Positions 1 to 6,844 of a stretch of 64,000 nucleotides of DNA are shown here, piece after piece; position 1 is the first letter of the stretch, and each line of letters starts with the position of its first letter. Under the pieces are notes generated by a model. It had not been told where the DNA came from. It worked only from the letters and a program-made list of their open reading frames with translations, and ran no database searches. The stretch is from the NCBI GenBank assembly GCA_945870505.1, contig CAMBSN010000003.1:824-64823 (forward strand), in the 5' to 3' direction. Position numbers and translations under genes: made by a program. Source of the DNA: Candidatus Kuenenia stuttgartensis. GTDB taxonomy: Bacteria; Planctomycetota; Planctomycetia; Pirellulales; UBA1268.

Positions 1-1111
1 TGTTCCCCGATAGGGTCAGCGTGCCGGCACCTTGCTTCGTGAGAATGCCGGTGCCACTGATGACACCCGAATAGGTCGAGGCATCGGAGCGGTTGAAGAC
101 GAGCGTCCCATTATTAACGAGGCTGCCCGTGCCGCCGAGGAGTACTCCGCTTGTGGTTCCGACACCTATCTGGAGCGTGCCACCGGCGTTGACGTTGATG
201 GTGCCATACGTGCCCTTCGAGAGCGTGCCGCCGACCGTTACAAGGCCACCCGTCATCAAGAATGTGCCGGTGCCGCTGCTGCTGCCCACGGCGAGATTGC
301 CGCTGGTGGCCCACGTACCGCTCGACACCGTGGCCGTGCCGTTACTGCCGGCGTTGCTGCCGATATAGCCGGTTGTGTTGGTGACACTACCGCCGTTCAC
401 GTTGAGCGTGCCAGTGCCGCTGCTACCGACGAACAGATTGTTGTTACTCGCCCACGTACCGCTCGACACCGTGGCCGTGCCGTTACTGCCGGCGGTGGAG
501 CCGAGAACGCCGGACGCGCTACTGACACGTCCGCCCGTCACGTTGAGCGTGCCGGTGCCGCTTCTGCCGACGGTGAGGTTACCGCTGTTAGCCCACGTGC
601 CGCTGCTCGCCGTGGCTCTACCGTTGCTACCGGCGTAGAAGCCGAGATAGCCGTATGTGTTGGTGATGCTGCCGCCGTTCACGTTCAGCGTGCCGGTGCC
701 GCTGCCGCCGACCCAGAGGTCGCCAGTTCCCGAACGAATCCACAGCAGCCCCGACGACGCAGAGGTGGTCATGTCCAGCACAACGGTATTCGCAGCAGCC
801 GACGTGCCGGTCAGGTTCAGTGTGCCGGTGTTCGTCAGCGATAGCGTGCCAGTGCCCGAGATCGTGTTGCTAATGGTCAGGGTGTTGCCGCTTGACTGAT
901 TGAACTGCAGCGTGCCGTTGTCGGTGATGTTGCCCGTGACTGATGCGCCGTCGTTCAAGAGCACGGTGGCGCCGGAAGAGATCGTCCCTCCCGCATAGAC
1001 GCCGGTGTAGGTCGTGGTCGCAGCCGTCGAGGAGTCTGCGCAGAGCGAGAGTAGCGAAGCCACGAAGGCGACGAGAGCAGACCGACATAAACGTGCTCGA
1101 CCGTCAGCCAT
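1..1111 (-). CDS. Secreted repeat-rich adhesin/autotransporter-like protein, 3' part beyond window start
   Basis: Not in ORF track because it runs off the edge. Manual translation: ATG at 1111 with GGAG upstream, MADGRARLCRSALVAFVASLLSLCADSSTAATTTYTG (signal-peptide-like), Gly/Thr/Ser/Asn-rich repeats, and an in-frame ILTKQGAGTLTLSGN passenger-associated repeat at the window edge. Confidence 0.85.
   Translation of the reverse strand, partial: MADGRARLCRSALVAFVASLLSLCADSSTAATTTYTGVYAGGTISSGATVLLNDGASVTGNITDNGTLQFNQSSGNTLTISNTISGTGTLSLTNTGTLNLTGTSAAANTVVLDMTTSASSGLLWIRSGTGDLWVGGSGTGTLNVNGGSITNTYGYLGFYAGSNGRATASSGTWANSGNLTVGRSGTGTLNVTGGRVSSASGVLGSTAGSNGTATVSSGTWASNNNLFVGSSGTGTLNVNGGSVTNTTGYIGSNAGSNGTATVSSGTWATSGNLAVGSSSGTGTFLMTGGLVTVGGTLSKGTYGTINVNAGGTLQIGVGTTSGVLLGGTGSLVNNGTLVFNRSDASTYSGVISGTGILTKQGAGTLTLSGN
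310..635. repeat. Intragenic tandem repeat, 141-bp period (47 aa)
   Basis: cccacgtaccgctcgacaccgtggccgtgccgttactgccggcg at about 310 and 450, diverged third copy near 591; encodes G-S-N-G-T-A-T-V-S-S-G-T-W-A-type units resembling T5SS/PEP-CTERM-associated repeats. Confidence 0.8.
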
Positions 1112-1263
1112 TGCCACGCTCCGCCCAAATGGTGCCCGGGGAGTCTGTACGCCATCCCTTACATGCGGGGTGTGCACATTGTGGCTATCGCGGCCAAGGG
1201 GTCAACGTTTCGGCAGGAATAGACGGCATACGAGTGCAGAAGCCGACCAGAAACTGCGCAGCC

Positions 1264-1524
1264 TCACCCCCACCGCCATCTCGGAGGCTCGCCCTTCCAC
1301 CAGCAGATCACGATAAAGGTGGCGATGAGCGTGCCAAACCCAGCCCAGAACCAGTTGGGATGGCGATCAGCGGGGACAAGCACGCAGGGGCCGATGAGCA
1401 GGCCGACATAGCCCCCGAGCACGACCCATGCCTGCCATGTGCTCGGCAGGCCCCAACCCCAGCCGTAGGTCTTCGCCGGGAACCAGTGGCGGGGCTTCGG
1501 ATGGGGCGGATCCTCAGATGACAT
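1264..1524 (-). CDS. Small Trp-rich two-TM membrane protein
   Basis: WFPAKTYGWGWGLP...two hydrophobic segments...KGEPPRWRWG, a pattern typical of a conserved hypothetical family. Confidence 0.75.
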   Translation of the reverse strand: MSSEDPPHPKPRHWFPAKTYGWGWGLPSTWQAWVVLGGYVGLLIGPCVLVPADRHPNWFWAGFGTLIATFIVICWWKGEPPRWRWG

Positions 1525-1600
1525 TGGGTTGTTGGCAGTGGGCAGCGGCGGGAAATGCGAACGGCACCGGGCCGGCTAAGAACACTGACTTATGCGCACG

Positions 1601-1944
1601 CTGAATTGACAACAATATCGCCGCGGATGAAGCAGTGTGGTCGCCGGGTACTGCTTTACTCACCCCGTTTCTGAGTCAGGGCCCATGCTCGCGATGACCG
1701 CAGCCCATCCCGGCGGCTATCTGTGAGGCGAGCCGGACCTGACCAACCCTGATTCGCGCAGCCAAGCCCGCGCACGCCACCATGATCGGCCCCGAAGGCT
1801 TGTTGGGCAGAACGCGGCCGCAGTGCTTTTGATGCCCGTGCAGTCCGGCCAGCCCAAGCCCGAGCCAATTCACTGCACAGGCACTAGTATTAAGTTTTTT
1901 CCCGCACCCTGAGAAACCTACCGGCGTCTTTGTTGTCAATTCAA
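1601..1944. mobile_element. MITE-like non-autonomous element, 344 bp
   Basis: Perfect 14-bp inverted repeat TGAATTGACAACAA (1602-1615) / TTGTTGTCAATTCA (1930-1943), flanked by direct repeat CGCACG (1595-1600, 1945-1950); no transposase inside. Confidence 0.7.
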
Positions 1945-1991
1945 CGCACGCCCCATGTACACAGCCGGCGTTCGCTTGCGCTCGCCACCCC

Positions 1992-2504
1992 ATGCGCTAC
2001 GATGGCGGCATGAGTCACGGACGAGCCACGAGGGCCGGCTTGGGGGCGTCGTTGTGCTGCCGGCGGGTGAGCATGGGGTCGAGCCAAACAAGCCCTCTGG
2101 TAAGCGCTGGGAGCCCTTCTCGGTGGTGTTCGCGGGGAGGGCTGGGCTGGAGCGAACTGGGCGACGTCGTGGGGCATATGCGGCTCACGCTGCCGCCCGC
2201 CAAGCCCGTGGTCGTGAGGGCGGCTACACTGGATCCCGGGCTATTGGGAACGTGTGCGCGGCGGCCGGAGAGGTTCGTCATCAGGCTGAATAAGGCCCTG
2301 ACGGACGCCGAGGCCACCGAGACGCTGCTCCACGAATGGGCCCACGCATTGGCATGGAGTTTCACCTTCGACAGACTGGCTAGAACTCCTGACACCACCC
2401 GGGAAGCCTTTGAAGCCGCCGCCCATGACGAGGCTTGGGGGTGCGCTTATTCGCGGGTGTGGCGGGAATACGTGAGGATGCACGATGCCGAAGATGCCAA
2501 GTGA
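1992..2504 (+). CDS. HExxH zinc metallopeptidase (SprT/ImmA-IrrE-like); true start probably downstream
   Basis: FVIRLN...ETLLHEWAHAL with a distal third-ligand-like HDEAWG. Confidence 0.75.
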   Translation: MRYDGGMSHGRATRAGLGASLCCRRVSMGSSQTSPLVSAGSPSRWCSRGGLGWSELGDVVGHMRLTLPPAKPVVVRAATLDPGLLGTCARRPERFVIRLNKALTDAEATETLLHEWAHALAWSFTFDRLARTPDTTREAFEAAAHDEAWGCAYSRVWREYVRMHDAEDAK

Positions 2505-3246
2505 AGAGATTGACGTAAAGGCTGGGGAGTCGAATCTCCTGCCAATACTGGACCACCTCGCGTGGCTGGCCGAGCGCGTTGCCGACAAGGCCAACGCCGG
2601 CCGGGCCTATGATGCCGCGCTGCTGACCTACAACGCCGCGGTCATGCTGGAGTGGCGATTTAGGTTTCCGCTTGGCGATTGGGCTGTCCCACCGGATAGC
2701 CCTCGATGGGCCGAGGCCGCCAAACTCGTGGACGACCTCTCGATGTCGTCCCGGGCGATCGTCGAGAAGGTTGAGGCTGCGCCGAAGAAGAAAGCCGACG
2801 CCTACCGGCCCAAGTTGAGGATGCTCATCAAGAGAGTGCTCAAGAAACTACCGGCCGTACTCTCGGTGCGAACTCCGAAGCCGGCTTATATGCCCGCGCT
2901 GGACTGGTCGCCCAACGTCCGGCTGCTCATGGACGAGTTTCTGGACGCCCATCGGCACGAGTACGCCGACGCGATCAAGAAGGGCTTGGCTGCCGGCAAG
3001 GCAGACAGCGTCGGCCCGGAGGCGGCCCTGAGCGAAGCCATCGCGAGCCTCCTGTACGTGCACACCTCGCAAGGTATGGCAGCCCAGTCTGTAGACCACC
3101 GCCGCTCGCTCGGCCAAATGGCGTCGGGATTTCTCAAGACCGCCGTCGAGGACCTACCGGATGGCGTGCCTGCAGCCCAGAAGAAGCGATGGCGCCGGTT
3201 GGCCAAATGGTTCGCTGCCGATAGCGCCGACGCCAAGGTGAAGTAG
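2485..3246 (+). CDS. Hypothetical, predicted alpha-helical protein
   Basis: 253-aa ORF overlapping the upstream gene, 10 nt from the next gene; protein-like composition, no motif recognised. Confidence 0.7.
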   Translation: MPKMPSEEIDVKAGESNLLPILDHLAWLAERVADKANAGRAYDAALLTYNAAVMLEWRFRFPLGDWAVPPDSPRWAEAAKLVDDLSMSSRAIVEKVEAAPKKKADAYRPKLRMLIKRVLKKLPAVLSVRTPKPAYMPALDWSPNVRLLMDEFLDAHRHEYADAIKKGLAAGKADSVGPEAALSEAIASLLYVHTSQGMAAQSVDHRRSLGQMASGFLKTAVEDLPDGVPAAQKKRWRRLAKWFAADSADAKVK

Positions 3247-3256
3247 CCCTCGCGCC

Positions 3257-4273
3257 ATGGCCAAGAAAAAGAAAAAAGCCGCCAAGCGGGTGGCGAAGCG
3301 GGCCGGGAAACGATCCACCAAGCGTGGGCAAGTGGTTGCGAAGCGCGCGGCACGGAAGAAGTCCGAGGGGCCGGCTGTGGATCGGTCGCTTCCTGAGAGT
3401 CACGTGGCGCTTCCGCAGGCCGACGCGCTCAAGACGCTAGCCGATGCCGTGCTTGGCCTGACGGCCAGCAACGAACAAATCGTGCGGGAACAGCGCGAGC
3501 ATCGCCTTACCTTGGAGATGCTCTTGGAGTCCGTCGCCAAAGGCTCCGCTGCTATGGACCGCATCGAGGCGGCCCAGCAGGCTCCACCGCGAGACCCGAG
3601 CCTTGACGTGCCGGCGAGCGTGGCAGTGAAGCGATTCTTTTTTGCCGGGGCGTGCGCACATCTAAACCTCGTTCGGCCGACACCTGCGATCGTCGGCCGA
3701 GCGATGCACACCACCAACGCCACCTCTCGCACAACGGCGAGGAGTCCGTATGTATTGTTCAACGAGATCCACACATCGATGCTACTTGCGTTCGGCCTGA
3801 AGGCATCGACTCCCGCGGCCCCTGTGACGACGGCAAGAGACTTCATTCACCTCGACGCGGAAATGGTTGACGTGATAGAGGACCGATCCAAGCGACCAAA
3901 AAAGAAACATTGGAAGTTCTACGAAAGCCAGTTGGGGCCGCGCCTCCGGCTTCTTGTGAACATGAGGCTTGCCAACGTTGACCCGAACAATGTGGGAGAG
4001 CGGATCGATTACGACCGCTACCTAACGAAGTTGGGGCAAGAGTTGTTCGACGGCTGGCCGGACTGGAACGACACGACTGGCGGAATTGGCATCTTGGACG
4101 ACGTTCCGGCATCAATAATGGGTGTGTCCAAGGTGGTAGGGCCGGCTGGATCGAAGCCCACTCCTGCAACTATGACTACACCTGCGCCAGAGCCCGCGCC
4201 CGAATCTGCGCCCACACCTGCGCCCAAGCCCGACGCTGGCGCCGAGCCTGAGCCTACTTCGCCGGCTCCGTGA
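3257..4273 (+). CDS. Hypothetical protein: Lys/Arg-rich N-terminus, coiled coil, possible winged helix, Pro-rich tail
   Basis: MAKKKKKAAKRVAKRAGKR...; LGPRLRLLVNMRL...YLTKLGQELF resembles the end of a wHTH; PAPEPAP tail. Confidence 0.7.
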   Translation: MAKKKKKAAKRVAKRAGKRSTKRGQVVAKRAARKKSEGPAVDRSLPESHVALPQADALKTLADAVLGLTASNEQIVREQREHRLTLEMLLESVAKGSAAMDRIEAAQQAPPRDPSLDVPASVAVKRFFFAGACAHLNLVRPTPAIVGRAMHTTNATSRTTARSPYVLFNEIHTSMLLAFGLKASTPAAPVTTARDFIHLDAEMVDVIEDRSKRPKKKHWKFYESQLGPRLRLLVNMRLANVDPNNVGERIDYDRYLTKLGQELFDGWPDWNDTTGGIGILDDVPASIMGVSKVVGPAGSKPTPATMTTPAPEPAPESAPTPAPKPDAGAEPEPTSPAP

Positions 4274-6746
4274 CCGTGACCTTGTCGGCCTTGCTGAACG
4301 ACCGGCGGACCTCGGTCTCGACGCGGACGTTGGCGCCGGGCACGACCGTCTGCATGCCCGTGATCATGAGCCGCTCGATGTCGGCGATCTTGGCGGGGAG
4401 AGTCTCGTCCTCGGGCACCTCGATGATGACCTCGTCGTGGATGAAGTTCACGATCGTGTAGCCGGCGCGCATGAGGCCCCAGAGAGCGTAGATGGCACCG
4501 TCGGCCGCGAGCCCCTGCATGATGCCGTTTCTGCACGCGGCGTAACTGGCGTTGGCCCGGAGCCTACCCGTCGCTGTGATGACCGGCTCGCGGCTATAGA
4601 TCCTGCTGACGGCATCCCGGAGCCGCTTCGAGGGCTTTCGCTCTCGAAGGGCGTCGCAGAGTTTGTCGTCCAGTTCGTCGGTGGGGAGCCGTGCCGCCGC
4701 CTGCCAGAAGTACTCGATCTCGGCGGCTGAATATGGGCGGGGCTGGTTGCCGGATTCCGGGAGCGGGTTGGTCATCGGGGCGGGTGACTCAAGCACCTTC
4801 AGAAGCATGCCGCCGAGCCACCCCGCGGGCAGGTCGTCTTCGGGCTTGGGGAATAGCCGAGGTTTGCCTGTCGCCGCGTAATAGGCCGCCGGCGTGAGCC
4901 CCAACGCGCGGGCAATTTCGAGGCCCCCATTCACCCGCTCGCTCAAGTGCGCGGTCAACTCGGGGCACAGGGTCTCGTACGCCTGCATGCGTTCCCGGAC
5001 CTGCTCCTCGGTCAGGTCGACACCGTAGTCGTTCTTGGCCTGCTTCTGGATGGTCTTCCCACCCAGACCTCCGGGGCGGCCGAGCGACACCGGTTTGGCG
5101 GCGTTACGCTCATCATCGGTCACGTCCTCCGGGGCCTTGCCGAGCACGTACGCCGCGATCAACCGGTGCATGTCGCCGCCGCCCGCAATGATGTCATGCA
5201 GGCTGCCGCCGAAGCCGAGTTGGTGTTTCCAAGCCCAACCCAGCGTGACTAGTTCAATCGTCTTGTAGTCCAGCACCACAAACACGTTCCCCGGGGCCGG
5301 CACGAAGCAGCCCCGGATCGTCGTGGCGTGGTTTTCAGTGGCGGCCCGTTCCTTCGGTAAGTTCTGGAGATTGAACCCGCCGACGTCTTTCTTGCCGCCG
5401 TTGCAACTCGTCCGGCCGGTGTTCATGAGGTACTCGAAATTTCCGTGGACGCGTTTCCCGGACACCATCTTCTTGGCGTAGGTCGAGAGGAGTTTTGTGG
5501 CCTGCCGGTGCCTGAGCAGGACTTCGAGCACTGGGTCCAAGCCGGCGAGTTCCTTCAGTTGCTCCTCGCTCGTCGCAATCTGGCCGGTCTCTGTATAGAT
5601 CAGTGGTAGGGTTTCGCCCGCCTGCTTGTGCTCATTGGCTAGCCGTTCGATGCGTTTGACGAGGGCGGAGGTCTTGCCGGCGCCCTCAACAGGAAGTCCA
5701 GCCAGAGCGAGCGTTCGGCGGGTCTCGGCGACGATCTGTTCGAGGACGGCCAACTTTTCCTCGCGGCGGGCTTGGTCGATGAGGACCCCCGTGCGCGAGA
5801 TCTTGTCCGTGACGATGCTAGCCCTGAGTTGGATGTCGTGGGTGCCGGGGCCGTGTTTCTTCCGCTGTTCGGCGAGCCATTTTTCACCCGCATAGCCATA
5901 GGCCCCGACCGCGATGGTTTTGATGACGTCTAGTTCGGGCTTCAGTCGCTCGAACAGAAGCCACGTCGCTACCGGGTCTCCTGCGGCGTATTGGAGGTAT
6001 TGGGCCGGGTACGCTTCGAGGGGCTTGCCGTGGTACCTGCCGAATGTGAGCCGGACAGATTCGCCGTCCGGAGTCTTGTCGTCCTTGGGGAGCGACAGGG
6101 AGAGGTAATGGCTCGCGCAGTAGTCGAGCGAGCACTGGTTCCGCGCCGAGTGCCCAACCGTGCCGAGCGAAAGCAGCCGGGCGAGGATCAGCGTATCGGC
6201 TACTCTTCCGGCCTCGACGCGGGAATAAACGTCAATTGAAAGCCCTCTCCGATCGTGAGCCGCCTGCAGTACCGGCAGATCGAAGGCGGCGTTGTGGAAG
6301 ATGAGCGGGTTGGCGGGGTGGCTGGCCAAGAAGGCGGGCATGTCCGTGGCCAAGATGAACCAGCCCTGCCGCCCGTCGAAGGCTGCTCCCAAGACGAGCG
6401 TGGGCACGTGCGCTGGGCGCGTGTCGTCGATCTTGGTCGTTTCAGTGTCCAGTGCGAAGCGGCCGGTGATGACGCGGCCAAGGGTGGGTTCCCAGAGGCG
6501 GAACAGGTACTGGTCGGGCCCGAGGGTGAGGACGAAGCCCCCGGAGGGTGAAAGGGTGAAGCAGGGCGAAGTGAAGTTTCGGGGCACTTCACCCTCGTTT
6601 GGGCCTTGTTTTCCAGTGTTTTTCGCACTTGGGTGAAGAGGTGAAGTGAAATCAGCATCTCTTCGGCCTAGATGCACACACTCCTCCCCATGCCCATATC
6701 CAAGACTGAGAGATTTTTCCTTTACAGATTTTGGTTTTGACTTCAC
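4254..6746 (-). CDS. Phage-type family A DNA polymerase with 3'-5' exonuclease, no 5' nuclease
   Basis: ExoI FALDTET, ExoII FHNAAFD, ExoIII YAAGD; TGRTS, NLQNLP; motif A LDYKTIEL; motif B RNAAKPVSLGRPGG; MQGLAAD; motif C FIHDEVIIE. GTG 6746 has GGAGG 8 nt upstream. Confidence 0.92.
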   Translation of the reverse strand: MKSKPKSVKEKSLSLGYGHGEECVHLGRRDADFTSPLHPSAKNTGKQGPNEGEVPRNFTSPCFTLSPSGGFVLTLGPDQYLFRLWEPTLGRVITGRFALDTETTKIDDTRPAHVPTLVLGAAFDGRQGWFILATDMPAFLASHPANPLIFHNAAFDLPVLQAAHDRRGLSIDVYSRVEAGRVADTLILARLLSLGTVGHSARNQCSLDYCASHYLSLSLPKDDKTPDGESVRLTFGRYHGKPLEAYPAQYLQYAAGDPVATWLLFERLKPELDVIKTIAVGAYGYAGEKWLAEQRKKHGPGTHDIQLRASIVTDKISRTGVLIDQARREEKLAVLEQIVAETRRTLALAGLPVEGAGKTSALVKRIERLANEHKQAGETLPLIYTETGQIATSEEQLKELAGLDPVLEVLLRHRQATKLLSTYAKKMVSGKRVHGNFEYLMNTGRTSCNGGKKDVGGFNLQNLPKERAATENHATTIRGCFVPAPGNVFVVLDYKTIELVTLGWAWKHQLGFGGSLHDIIAGGGDMHRLIAAYVLGKAPEDVTDDERNAAKPVSLGRPGGLGGKTIQKQAKNDYGVDLTEEQVRERMQAYETLCPELTAHLSERVNGGLEIARALGLTPAAYYAATGKPRLFPKPEDDLPAGWLGGMLLKVLESPAPMTNPLPESGNQPRPYSAAEIEYFWQAAARLPTDELDDKLCDALRERKPSKRLRDAVSRIYSREPVITATGRLRANASYAACRNGIMQGLAADGAIYALWGLMRAGYTIVNFIHDEVIIEVPEDETLPAKIADIERLMITGMQTVVPGANVRVETEVRRSFSKADKVTVTEPAK

Positions 6747-6844
6747 CTCTTCACCCTCCGCATGAAAGTGCCTTGTTTTCTAGATCCAAACGAGGGTGAA
6801 GTGAACTTTTTGGGCACTTCACCCTGCTTCACCTCTTCACCCTC
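6544..6844. repeat. Symmetric iteron-like array of GGTGAAG repeats; putative replication origin
   Basis: 59-bp imperfect inverted arms 6544-6602 / 6786-6844; perfect 17-bp inner inverted repeat 6631-6647 / 6740-6756; T-rich tract about 6712-6739; lies between the helicase and the polymerase core. Confidence 0.75.

Noticed and set aside
32-899. Plus-strand ORFs over the adhesin
   Set aside because: Antisense shadows of the minus-strand repeat protein
1573-1600. dif/XerC-like half site TTATGCGCACG
   Set aside because: No XerD-like arm at the required 6-bp spacing
4590-4960. Intein in PolA
   Set aside because: No splice-junction residues or endonuclease motifs visible
6747-6839. Stop-codon readthrough fusing helicase and PolA (same frame)
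   Set aside because: At least three in-frame stops (TGA, TGA, TAG) lie between the two ORFs
6544-6844. CRISPR array interpretation of the GGTGAAG repeats
   Set aside because: Repeats occur in both orientations with irregular spacing, no uniform repeat-spacer units and no cas genes
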